Source of the DNA: Nitrospirota bacterium
GTDB taxonomy: Bacteria; Nitrospirota; UBA9217
Reading direction: 5' to 3'
Assembly: GCA_963751455.1 (NCBI GenBank)
Contig: CAVVUN010000002.1
Location: forward strand, 352,001 to 416,000
DNA length: 64,000 bases
The translations under genes and the position numbers were made by a program. The notes below the pieces were generated by a model, which worked only from the letters and a program-made list of their open reading frames with translations, was not told where the DNA came from and ran no database searches. Positions 29,126 through 38,491 of this stretch are shown here, one piece after another (the stretch's first letter is position 1; the number at the start of each line of letters is the position of its first letter).

Positions 29126-30370
29126 GTGAAGCCGGAAGCCGAACCGAAGATTACGAAGACCATAAGTGCGGAAACGACAGTAACCCGGGAACAAGCCGAA
29201 AAGATATGGGAGTTTCTGAGGGCCAACGGCAAAGATCAGCGCGAAGAGATAATGGAGACTGTTCAGTTCCAGCTCTCGCAGTTTTTGAAATCGAATTCGG
29301 ATTGGGACTTTTCGGACGAAGCGCTGCTGCTCCTGTCAGACCTCCAGATAAGGCGGGGAGAACATAAAGCCGCAGTTATGACAATCCTCCAGCTTATTTA
29401 TGAATATCCTGACTCGAAGTCTGTTTTTCCGGCGAAGAGGACCCTTGCCGAACTGCTCGATAAAAAAATCGACAAAAAGGTGAAACAAGTGCTTTCCGAA
29501 GCTGCCAGGGGATCCGATGCCAGGGAAAAATCGGAAAGGCTTGCCCACTTGTTGAAGAAACTCTCGGAGCAGACCGGTGATTTGCTGTATGAACCCCTCG
29601 TGGCCGGATTCGACCTGTTCTTTAACCGGTTTCCTTCCTATTCCGGATCGGATGAGTTGAGCCTCTTATTCGGAGATCTTCTGACTAAAAAGGGCAAACA
29701 TCTCTCGGCCTTGACCTACTATCGAAAATTACTGGCGCTCTATCCTGAGAGCGATTTCAGGGCCAGGGCACAGCGATCCATCGGAGACCTTTTTGTCAAC
29801 CATCTGAAAGACGTGAACGAGGCCGTGAACGCGTACCAGGAAGTCATTAACCAGTATCCAAAATCCGAGGAAGCCGGCTATGCTTATGAGCAAACCGCCA
29901 GGCTCGAAGAACAGTTCAAGCATTACGATCTTTCAGTGGAACTGTACGATAAGATCATAGCGCTGTACCCTAATAAAGAAATAGCGATGAGGGCTTTCAA
30001 TAACGAAGCACGGATTTTAAGGGATCTCATGGACAGTTCCGCCGAGGCAATCAAAGCCTACGGTCGGCTTGCCGATATGTTCAAGGGATCCGAAGGGGCA
30101 GCGGAGGCGCTCAAGGCCGCGGCTGCGACAGCGAGGAAAAAGAAGGACTACGATACGGAAGTGTCCATGTACCAGCGCTTTGTCAAGGAATGTTCGACGA
30201 ACAAGGAAGCGCCGGAAGTCCTGTACCAGGCCGCGGAGGTTACCGAGGAGGATCTAGCGCGGCATGACAAGGCGGTGGAGCTGTACGGAGAAGTTGCGGA
30301 GAAATTTCCCGAAAGTAAGTCCGCCAAGAAGGCCAAAAGCCGGATAGAATCGCTTACCAAGAAAAAATGA
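29126..30370 (+). CDS. Tetratricopeptide repeat protein (5' end uncertain)
   Basis: Repeated A..Y..L..YP.S..A..A units. Confidence 0.85.
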   Translation: MKPEAEPKITKTISAETTVTREQAEKIWEFLRANGKDQREEIMETVQFQLSQFLKSNSDWDFSDEALLLLSDLQIRRGEHKAAVMTILQLIYEYPDSKSVFPAKRTLAELLDKKIDKKVKQVLSEAARGSDAREKSERLAHLLKKLSEQTGDLLYEPLVAGFDLFFNRFPSYSGSDELSLLFGDLLTKKGKHLSALTYYRKLLALYPESDFRARAQRSIGDLFVNHLKDVNEAVNAYQEVINQYPKSEEAGYAYEQTARLEEQFKHYDLSVELYDKIIALYPNKEIAMRAFNNEARILRDLMDSSAEAIKAYGRLADMFKGSEGAAEALKAAAATARKKKDYDTEVSMYQRFVKECSTNKEAPEVLYQAAEVTEEDLARHDKAVELYGEVAEKFPESKSAKKAKSRIESLTKKK

Positions 30371-30451
30371 TATTTCGGCATCAAAGAGACAGAAAGCCCG
30401 CTCCCTAAGAAAACCGGCGGCTGTACGTACATCCTAGATTTATACCGAGCA

Positions 30452-30481
30452 GGTCGCGCTCCCCTTCAGGGGGCGCGACCT
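30452..30481 (+). terminator. GC-rich hairpin after the TPR gene
   Basis: aggtcgcgctcccc/ggggcgcgacct stem, with only a weak U tract. Confidence 0.45.
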
Positions 30482-31054
30482 CGTCATTTACGCCCAATAC
30501 ATGCCTTAAATTGCCTTGCTTCTCATCGCCTATCCACAGGTCCTCAACTTTAGCAAAATAGAATTAAATTAAAAGAATGCGACAAATAAATATAGAACTA
30601 AAGAAGACATACACAAAGGAGATTGCTCATACATATGTTTACACGTTTAGTAAGGGCATATGCGAATGCATGAAACTGAACATAATTTCAATGCAGCTAA
30701 CTGTTCATATATTAAAATTTATCTGGTAAAATTATCCTAATTTAGTTGACAAAGCGGATTTAAGAGGTACTGTTATATAAAGACTAAGTATTCTGCATTA
30801 AAGAATTACCTTCTAATTATTTAAGAATATAGTTCTAAATTCTTACAAATCAATGATCCTCCTGTTCTGGTCTTTCCCTGTTTTGAAGATTTATCTTCGC
30901 TTCATTGCTTAATGTGAAGCAGTAAAGTGAAAGAATGTGATTATCTTTACGATATATCTCCAGTTATAGCTTCGGATAGAAATAATCTGTGCAATCATTC
31001 CCGGCGGTAAGAGTCCATATTAAAGGCGATATAGAAATTTCTGCGGAGGACAAA

Positions 31055-31537
31055 GTGAAACATACGCAAAATATAAAAACGCTATTATTCGTCGTTGCTG
31101 CCGCGACACTAATCTCCTTTCCTTGCGTGATGGCATATGCTGCTGAGAATGTCCTTCACTTTTATGATCATCTAAATCGCCTGACAGAGTCTCGATATTC
31201 GGACGGGACGACAGTAACCTATGGTTATGATAAATTAGGTAATCGCATATCAAAGAAAAAATTATACAGCCCTCATGTACTAACGATTCAAAAAACAGGG
31301 TTGGGGACCGGTACAGTTTTAAGCAGCCCATCCCGAATAAATTGCGGACTGGACTGCTCAGATAAGTTTAGTGAAGGGACGGACATATCCCTCACTGCTA
31401 TACCTGATTCGGGATCTTCGTTTAGCCAATGGTCCGGCGGCGGATGCGGTGGAACAAATCCATGTCCGCTCACACTGACAGCGGATACGACAGTTACGGC
31501 TTTATTTTCCTGCCTGGTCCGCAGAATCTATGGATGA
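31055..31537 (+). CDS. Secreted YD-repeat plus divergent InlB B-repeat protein, probably 3'-truncated
   Basis: GGAGGA RBS, signal peptide, YDHLNRL..YGYDKLGNR, and GTGTV.S.P..INCG..C..LTA.PDSGS.F..WSGGGC. Confidence 0.75.
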   Translation: MKHTQNIKTLLFVVAAATLISFPCVMAYAAENVLHFYDHLNRLTESRYSDGTTVTYGYDKLGNRISKKKLYSPHVLTIQKTGLGTGTVLSSPSRINCGLDCSDKFSEGTDISLTAIPDSGSSFSQWSGGGCGGTNPCPLTLTADTTVTALFSCLVRRIYG

Positions 31538-31629
31538 GATAAGAGGATACATGCAATAAGGAGCAAAGCTTTCCAAATCAGTGTAGGATAATTTTCGCGA
31601 AGAGATCACCACACAGAGAAAGGAAAGCA

Positions 31630-31878
31630 ATGCTCATTAAGACGTTACTGAATCGGACAGAGAATGTCAAGCCGTTCATTTTTGGAGTAGCTCGGTTTGA
31701 GGTCGTAGAGGGGCATGACGCATTGGTTGTGGAGGTCGCGTTCCGGAAGAATTCGCGACCGCTCTGTCCCATTTGCGGGCTCAAGTGCACTGTGTATGAT
31801 ACCCAGCGGCCCCTCGAGGTAGCCTCAGGATCTTCCGGCGCTCTTCCGGTGCGCCGCGGCCGATCTGATAGGATTTGA
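31630..31878 (+). mobile_element. ISL3-family transposase N-terminal fragment
   Basis: MLIKTLLN..zinc-finger CPICG..YD, after which the frame degenerates. Confidence 0.65.
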
Positions 31879-31969
31879 GCCGACTCTTGAGGTGGCGCAG
31901 CGTCCCTGCAGTCGGTAGTTGTCGCGCGTTTCTGACTTTGCCTAATTTCAAAAAAGGAGGAAAACTCGG

Positions 31970-32305
31970 ATGTCGCTACACAATGTGCTGCTTATTATAG
32001 CGTTGCTTATGGTGCCTGCGGGTTGTTCATCTGCGCGAACAATCGGCCTTATGTCATTTGGTGATTTAGAAGGCAAGATGATCCCTGAAAAACCCCGGGG
32101 CGACATTAGAGTCGGAAAAAGTTGCGGTAGTGTTTATACACTTTCTGATGCTCTGCGGGATGCGGTCAAGGACACTTCATTTGATACAATCATCGATGCT
32201 GAAGTTATTCACGAAACTGGCGTATTCGTATTTAACAATTGCATCATCATAAAAGGCCTCGCGCTTAACAGCAAGGAAATCAAAAGGGAAGGAGATTTGA
32301 ATTGA
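31970..32305 (+). CDS. Small lipoprotein (TRL-like, tentative)
   Basis: AGGAGG RBS, lipobox PAGC, and G.SCG..DA..D.IIDAEV..NCIIIKG. Confidence 0.7.
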   Translation: MSLHNVLLIIALLMVPAGCSSARTIGLMSFGDLEGKMIPEKPRGDIRVGKSCGSVYTLSDALRDAVKDTSFDTIIDAEVIHETGVFVFNNCIIIKGLALNSKEIKREGDLN

Positions 32306-32306
32306 A

Positions 32307-32645
32307 ATGAAAAGAAACCGCTTACTGCTCATTCTTTTTCTGTTGATTGGCGGCTGCGTGGCCCCCGCCAAGCCTCCCCTTACCTATGTATCCTTGGAGC
32401 GGCCAAGGAATATAATAGTAACTGAAAAACGTGCAGATTTCAAAATCGAGAAGACCCGCTTTGGAATCTTGTATCGTGATCCAGTTCCTGTGACAACATA
32501 CTTAAGCCAAGCTCAGACCAGATTGGGATCCAAAGTTATGAGAAATGTTGATGCCCAATTTCAAGTCCCTTTTTGTCTTATATTATTTTGTTTTGGGACT
32601 GATAGCATCAGTCTAAGTGAAAAGGCAGTCGCATCATCGCAGTAG
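32307..32645 (+). CDS. Small lipoprotein, hypothetical
   Basis: Lipobox IGGC; tightly coupled to the previous gene. Confidence 0.65.
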   Translation: MKRNRLLLILFLLIGGCVAPAKPPLTYVSLERPRNIIVTEKRADFKIEKTRFGILYRDPVPVTTYLSQAQTRLGSKVMRNVDAQFQVPFCLILFCFGTDSISLSEKAVASSQ

Positions 32646-33021
32646 AAACCATCTTTCTTCAAATCGAGGAGATGTAAAGGGCATGTGCAGTCATGCGGTA
32701 TCCGGCGGCTTCGGCGCTGCATCAATGCTGAAAGGAGCGCCTGTTGTGGAGGCATTCGGAGTCTATAGCGCTCATCGGTCCGGCGGAAGCTATTTTACAA
32801 GTGTATTTCAAGGTGGTGTGAGCGGAGCAGCAGTCGCAGGGGCGTTTGGAGGAGTAAATACTTTGACGAAAGGTATGAATACTTTAATTCAGATTGGCAG
32901 TAAGAGATTTGCGGCAAATCCTATTCTGGTCATTTGTGTTTTATCCATGTCAATCAGTGTCATCCGTGGCAAAAAGCTTTCATGTTAGGTATATATCTCC
33001 AAAAGGTGAACAGCGGAACCA

Positions 33022-34062
33022 ATGAGAATAAAATGGATTGATGTCGCACGGGGAATCGCAATTATCCTGGTCATAATCGGCCACAGTTGCAGACCCTCAT
33101 CAACTTTAGCAAAGGCAATATTCTCTTTTCATATGCCTTTCTTTTTTATCATTTCCGGTTATTTTTTTCGTCGTGATAATAATTTTTCGAATCTGGTATC
33201 AGGGAAGGCAAAAAGCCTCTTGTTGCCCTATTTGACCACGGCGCTGATCGTGTATGGATACTGGCTGCTTGTGGTGCGGTATCGATTGCATGATCTCACG
33301 CAGCCTTCGACAATGGCGATTACATTCCTGAAATCCTTTGTCTATGGAGCGGGAAATGTGGTAAAACAATATCCGTCGATTGTCCCGATCGGGCCAATCT
33401 GGTTTTTACTCGCTTTGTTTTCGGCAAACATACTCTTCTTCATTATCTTAAAAATTACCAGACAATCGAAAATGTATATTCAGGCAGTGTTATTCTTACT
33501 TATTTCCATCGCCGGATGCATGATTGGGAAGTATCTTTTTTTACCATGGAGCCTCGACATCGCTCTGGCTTCACAGTTTTTCATGTTCTCCGGATACGTT
33601 ATTTCGACACGGATTCAACAATTAAAAGACATATCCGCTCCGCTGATAGCGCCGATATTTCTGTTCTGGATTTACGACATTTACGCCGGGGGTATAAGTC
33701 TTAATAACAGGGAGTACAATAATATCCTGATATCATTTGCCGGCGCAATTGCAGGAAGTCTGGTTTTATTGTACGCATCGTATCAGCTCTCAAAAATCAA
33801 GTCGATGGAGAAGGCCCTTTCATTTATTGGAATGAGTACTCTTGTTATTCTTTGTTTTCATACGATGGACAACTCCTTCGCTCTGTGGGACCTCAGATGG
33901 GACATGAAATGGATCTATAGTAAATGGTATTATCTCTCGATATTCAGATTGATGTATTGCCTGGCAATCGGTCTTCTCTTGAGTACTCTGGTTCCCTGGA
34001 ATATCTATATCAATAAAAAATGGATGCTCAAAAAATCCCCTTTAAGAATCGAAAGCAACTGA
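33022..34062 (+). CDS. Acyltransferase family 3 (O-acetyltransferase)
   Basis: RIKWIDVARGIAIILVIIGH, FHMPFFFIISGY, WFL and multiple TM helices. Confidence 0.9.
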   Translation: MRIKWIDVARGIAIILVIIGHSCRPSSTLAKAIFSFHMPFFFIISGYFFRRDNNFSNLVSGKAKSLLLPYLTTALIVYGYWLLVVRYRLHDLTQPSTMAITFLKSFVYGAGNVVKQYPSIVPIGPIWFLLALFSANILFFIILKITRQSKMYIQAVLFLLISIAGCMIGKYLFLPWSLDIALASQFFMFSGYVISTRIQQLKDISAPLIAPIFLFWIYDIYAGGISLNNREYNNILISFAGAIAGSLVLLYASYQLSKIKSMEKALSFIGMSTLVILCFHTMDNSFALWDLRWDMKWIYSKWYYLSIFRLMYCLAIGLLLSTLVPWNIYINKKWMLKKSPLRIESN

Positions 34063-34182
34063 TATTGCTGTCTGAGTTAAACGTGAATCGTCAAGTTGAT
34101 GCAATAAATAACCCTCAAGAGGCTCACAACAAACGGGAATGAACCGGCTGGTCAACCTGGCATGTTATAAAAGCAATATCTT

Positions 34183-35103
34183 TTATCTCATGTAGGTCTT
34201 GCCGAGGAGGTAGGTAACGATCCCCATTGCGGCAAAGAGCAGAAAGAAGAAACCTGAAAAGTACTTCCGGGACTTCAGTTCCCGGAATAACTGATCGACT
34301 TTTTTCTGCAACATATCAAGCTGCGACAAGAAGCCGTCAGTCTTCTGCTTGACGAGAGAGACATCCACAGTATGGAATAGCGTCCGGAATTCAGCATGAG
34401 TCCGGAAGAGGGCCTTGGTTTCCTCCTCCGTATAGATTCCCTGGCCCGATAAATTAGCCAAGTCCTTATCGATATCGTGGATTCTCTTTTCAGTAGAGGA
34501 CAGGGCCTGCTTTATTTTTCCTGCTCGATCAAACGAGTGGCATTGGGTGCAGCGCTGCTCGTTGATAATATCAATGCTCGCCTTTTGCACCGCATGAGAT
34601 CCGTGGCAAGTAACGCAGTTTGGCCCGCTGCCGGAGCTCTTCAGCGCTTTCCCGTGCCCGCTTTCCAGGTAGTTCTTCAATATTCCTATGTGGCACTTGC
34701 CGCAGAATTCAGGTACATCCTTATGCCCGGGCTTACCCACGAACCCGCGCTCGGGAGACATGGCCAATGCAGCGTCTACAGGGTCCCCGCCGTGGCAATC
34801 GTGGCAGGCGACACCGTTCTGGTAATGCCAGCTTTGACGCCACTCTCCCGGAATCTTCCGAAGCCCGGGTTTCATCATGTCCGAATCATGGCACTGAATG
34901 CATACGGGTTCCTGGGCTGCCACTACTGACGCCGGGGCCGCGAAGGAGAGAACAAGCAGTAATGAAAAACATATGAGGTATTTTAGTGGACAATGGGGGA
35001 TGAAAATCCCCCTCGTTCCCCCTTTTTCAAAGGGGGATGAATTGACGCCCCCCTTTAGCAAAGGGGGGGTGGAGGGATTTTCGGAGGACAACATGGACCT
35101 CAT
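34183..35103 (-). CDS. Membrane-anchored pentaheme cytochrome c
   Basis: Five CxxCH motifs (CIQCH, CHDCH, CGKCH, CVTCH, CTQCH), a signal peptide and a C-terminal TM helix. ATGA overlap with the cytochrome b stop. Confidence 0.9.
   Translation of the reverse strand: MRSMLSSENPSTPPLLKGGVNSSPFEKGGTRGIFIPHCPLKYLICFSLLLVLSFAAPASVVAAQEPVCIQCHDSDMMKPGLRKIPGEWRQSWHYQNGVACHDCHGGDPVDAALAMSPERGFVGKPGHKDVPEFCGKCHIGILKNYLESGHGKALKSSGSGPNCVTCHGSHAVQKASIDIINEQRCTQCHSFDRAGKIKQALSSTEKRIHDIDKDLANLSGQGIYTEEETKALFRTHAEFRTLFHTVDVSLVKQKTDGFLSQLDMLQKKVDQLFRELKSRKYFSGFFFLLFAAMGIVTYLLGKTYMR
35002..35083. repeat. Palindromic CCCCCTTT..AAAGGGGG element
   Basis: gaaaatccccct..ccccctttttcaaaggggg..ccccctttagcaaagggggg..agggattttc. 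Confidence 0.8.
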
Positions 35104-36194
35104 GAATATTTTCCCCATAGTATAAGAACCACCAAACATGCTAAAGCTGCCACGGAGACCGCGAGCAGCGTCTTTCTTTTTAATATGTTGTCCTCTTCTT
35201 TTACATCAAAAAACGGCCAGAACAGGAAACCAAGAACGATGACGATCTGAAGCGTGATGCCCATAATCTTGCTCGGAACGATCTTCAGCATCTGATACGG
35301 AGCCAGGAAATACCACTCAGGCTTTATGTGGGCCGGTGTTCTGAAGGGATCAGCGGGTATGGCGGCATCTTCAGGCAGAAAGAGCGCGGGAGCGAACGTG
35401 ATGATCAGGAACATGAGCGCAAAGAAGGCCATGACCATGTAGGTTTCTTGAAGCACAAAATGCGGAAAGAACGGATAACCGCCGGGATGGTCTTCATGCC
35501 TGAATGCAGTCCACGGCTGTTTTCCTCCGGCTGCTCTTCCGAAGGGTGAAGATGAAATGCCGATCCTCCTGATGAGAAAGAGGTGAATGGCCAACAACGC
35601 AAGAAGGACCGCGGGAAGGATCCCTACATGAAGGGCGAAGAACCTTCCGAGCGTCGCTCCGGTTACATTCCGGCCTCCGCGGGACATCTCGACCGCGAAG
35701 TCCCCGGCGAACGGGAGCGCTGAGGGAATGCTCGTTACGATCGTTGTGGCCCAGTAGCTCAACTGGCTCCACGGCATAAGATAGCCGCTCAGGCAAAACG
35801 CCAGGGTAATGAGCAGCATGCTTGCGCCGGAGACCCAGGTAAGCTCTCGCGGCTTCTTGTAGCTGTTCATGAAAAAAACCGACAGCATGTGCAATCCTAT
35901 TGCGGCCACAATCAGGTTGCTTCCGATTGTATGCATCAGCCTGAAAAGCCACCCGTACGGCACGTTCATCATGATTTCCCGTACGCTGTTAAAGGCATGG
36001 TCAGGATGGGGCACGTAAAAGATGAGCAGGAAAAAACCGGTAATCACCTGGACAATGAACCCGAAGAGCGCCACGAAGCCCAGGGTGTAAAAAATATTGA
36101 TGTTCCTGGGCACGAAATACGCGGTCAGCTGCGACTTGATCAGCTCATCGATGCCTATCCGTACTTCCAGCCATCTTTTCACGGAATTTGCCAT
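35100..36194 (-). CDS. Cytochrome b of a Rieske/cytochrome b complex
   Basis: GWLFRLMH, YKKPRELTW, SGYLMPWSQLSYWA, RFFALH and KPEWYF. Confidence 0.95.
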   Translation of the reverse strand: MANSVKRWLEVRIGIDELIKSQLTAYFVPRNINIFYTLGFVALFGFIVQVITGFFLLIFYVPHPDHAFNSVREIMMNVPYGWLFRLMHTIGSNLIVAAIGLHMLSVFFMNSYKKPRELTWVSGASMLLITLAFCLSGYLMPWSQLSYWATTIVTSIPSALPFAGDFAVEMSRGGRNVTGATLGRFFALHVGILPAVLLALLAIHLFLIRRIGISSSPFGRAAGGKQPWTAFRHEDHPGGYPFFPHFVLQETYMVMAFFALMFLIITFAPALFLPEDAAIPADPFRTPAHIKPEWYFLAPYQMLKIVPSKIMGITLQIVIVLGFLFWPFFDVKEEDNILKRKTLLAVSVAALACLVVLILWGKYS

Positions 36195-36197
36195 AGG

Positions 36198-36611
36198 TTA
36201 CCCGATAATGATCGACTCTCCCTCAAGCCTCAAGGGAAATTGAGGCAGCGGCTTCGGCGGAGGTCCCGATAATACGTTGCCTGCCAGATCGTAGACCCCG
36301 GCATGACAGGGACAGAGAAGCCTAGCCTTATCCTTTTGATATTCGACCAGGCACCCCAGATGCGTGCAGACCCGGGAAAGCGCGATAAAGCCCTTGTTCG
36401 GCCTGTTGATCACGAAACAGGGAGTGTTGTGAAAGAGAATCTCCTTCGCGTTTCCCGCGGGAATATCCTTCCTGCTGAGAACGAGCCGTTTTAGCTGCAT
36501 CTCTTCACGTCGAGGAGAAAGATATTTAAAAACGGGGTACAGGAATGAAGCCAGGGTCGTTAAACCCAGGACTGACAGTACCATCTTTAGAAATCGGCGT
36601 CTATTTGTCAT
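36198..36611 (-). CDS. Rieske iron-sulfur subunit
   Basis: Tat signal NRRRFLK, CTHLGC, CPCHAGVY and SGPPPKPL. Confidence 0.95.
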   Translation of the reverse strand: MTNRRRFLKMVLSVLGLTTLASFLYPVFKYLSPRREEMQLKRLVLSRKDIPAGNAKEILFHNTPCFVINRPNKGFIALSRVCTHLGCLVEYQKDKARLLCPCHAGVYDLAGNVLSGPPPKPLPQFPLRLEGESIIIG

Positions 36612-36848
36612 AAAGTCGAGGTTGGAAATATAGTAAGCACGGTCAATAAAGAAACTTATGAGATAGCGGCTTAAAACCAAACATCATTGGCATGACAATA
36701 CGCGATAGGAGCGCGATGAATCTTAACGAAGTAAATATAACAGCGGTAATTCCGTTTGTCAACGAAGGAAGAGACTATTTAAGATGGGAGAATATGCTTG
36801 CGAATCATGAAATCAGCGGTTATACTATCCCGTGCTTTCAGCATAACT

Positions 36849-37370
36849 ATGAAGCGTTTGTTCTCCATAAATCTCTATTTGAGCCTCGTTGCCGGCATTC
36901 AGCTCTTTGCTCCCGTTTCATTCGCAGGGCCGCCCCACATACAAGAAAGAGCGCCGGAATTTCAATTGCCTGACCTGCTTGGCTCCGAACACAAACTCGC
37001 CGATTATCGGGGAAAAGTAGTGGTACTGAATTTCTGGGCCTCGTGGTGCCCTGATTGCGTCCTTGAGATTCCTTCCCTGAACAAGCTGCATGGCCTGATG
37101 AAAAACGAAGACGTCGCGATCATCGGCGTTTCCATTGATAGAAAGCGGAAGGACATCGAGAGCATGCCGAACCCGATACTTTACCCGGTCCTGATCGATG
37201 AAAGAGGAGATGTTTTCGTAAAGAAATACACCATAACCCGTCTGCCGGTTACTGTCATTATCAACCGGGAAGGTGTCATTGTAGAGAAACTGGCAGGGAG
37301 GCACGATTTCGGGTCCGCGGAGTTCGTTGCCAAAATTAAAAAACTGCTGGCAGAAAAGGCGTTGCAATGA
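36849..37370 (+). CDS. TlpA/ResA-like thiol-disulfide reductase
   Basis: GKVVVLNFWASWCPDC. Confidence 0.9.
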   Translation: MKRLFSINLYLSLVAGIQLFAPVSFAGPPHIQERAPEFQLPDLLGSEHKLADYRGKVVVLNFWASWCPDCVLEIPSLNKLHGLMKNEDVAIIGVSIDRKRKDIESMPNPILYPVLIDERGDVFVKKYTITRLPVTVIINREGVIVEKLAGRHDFGSAEFVAKIKKLLAEKALQ

Positions 37371-37714
37371 TGCGCGTTCAGCGGCTTTTCGCTTTGATCC
37401 TGTGTGCAATTTTTGCTGCCGGCTGCAGTCCGGCAACCTTCCTGATTTCTAAAGACGGCGAGAGTGCTTTTTTCGGCCGGGAACGTTCCTCTTTTTACCG
37501 GCTGCTGTGCACCGGGGAGGAACTGAAGACGATTCTTGCGGACGCAGATCTTTCTTCAGACGTGAAAAACGACTTATATCACTATACCTGCTCTGACCAG
37601 CGATCCTACGACAAGGTTGTTTCACTGTATGTTTTTCTGACTCCCGACGAAAAGAAAAAACTAAAAAGCGCCTTCATAAAACACGGGTACGAAGTCAATT
37701 ACCTTAATTGCTGA
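37367..37714 (+). CDS. Hypothetical lipoprotein
   Basis: Lipobox AAGC; overlaps the TlpA stop. Confidence 0.7.
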   Translation: MMRVQRLFALILCAIFAAGCSPATFLISKDGESAFFGRERSSFYRLLCTGEELKTILADADLSSDVKNDLYHYTCSDQRSYDKVVSLYVFLTPDEKKKLKSAFIKHGYEVNYLNC

Positions 37715-37823
37715 TGATTGTATCGGTCCCCGGTCGGGGATTGGGAAAAAACGCTGAAACGGCAGAGCGCATAGGGTATAGCGTTAAGAATTTGTGTTTG
37801 GAGATTTCAACGGGGAGGAATTG

Positions 37824-38282
37824 ATGCTCGTAGCAAATCTTGATCATATCGAGCGCCGGGCGGCAATGAGCCCAGGGTTAAAAAAAGCAGTCAGTTTTTT
37901 GAAAAGCAACGGCGTCAGGAATATGGCCGACGGCAGGGTCGATATCGCGGGGGACCGGGTTTTTGCGATTGTACAGCGGTATGAGACGCTGAAACAAGAG
38001 AGCCCGAAGTTCGAATATCACGAAAAGTACATCGATCTTCAGTGCATTATATCCGGCGAGGAGGTCATCGGCTGGGCGCCGACAGCGCTGATGACTGTCA
38101 CGGAAAGCTATAACGACGAGAAGGACATCGCGTTTGGAACGATTGTGCAGGCGAATTGGACGCCTGTGAAGCTGCGGGCCGGTCAAATTGCGATGCTTTG
38201 GCCCGAGGACGCTCACGCACCGAAACTCGCGGCGGGCAACCCTGCTCCAGTAATGAAGATCGTGATAAAGATCGCGGTCTGA
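37824..38282 (+). CDS. YhcH/YjgK/YiaL family protein
   Basis: FEYHEKYIDLQ..GEE.IG, D.DIAF, WPEDAHAP and KIVIKI. Confidence 0.9.
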   Translation: MLVANLDHIERRAAMSPGLKKAVSFLKSNGVRNMADGRVDIAGDRVFAIVQRYETLKQESPKFEYHEKYIDLQCIISGEEVIGWAPTALMTVTESYNDEKDIAFGTIVQANWTPVKLRAGQIAMLWPEDAHAPKLAAGNPAPVMKIVIKIAV

Positions 38283-38413
38283 TAGTTTCATTCCGGCATT
38301 TGCAATACAAACCTATCTTTGTCTCGCGCAAAGCCGCAAAGACGCGAAGCGGTACAAGTCGAATCGGATTCCAATTCGCAATCAAAGCGGCAGGATCGAG
38401 CATCTCGTCGAAT

Positions 38414-38441
38414 AAAAAAGCCCCTTTTAAAGGGGCCTTTT
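38414..38441. terminator. Bidirectional intrinsic terminator
   Basis: aaaaaagcccctt ttaa aggggcctttt between convergent genes. Confidence 0.7.
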
Positions 38442-38491
38442 ATCTGTGTACTCTGTGGTTAATGCGTTGATTTTATAAAGTCAAATTTCAG

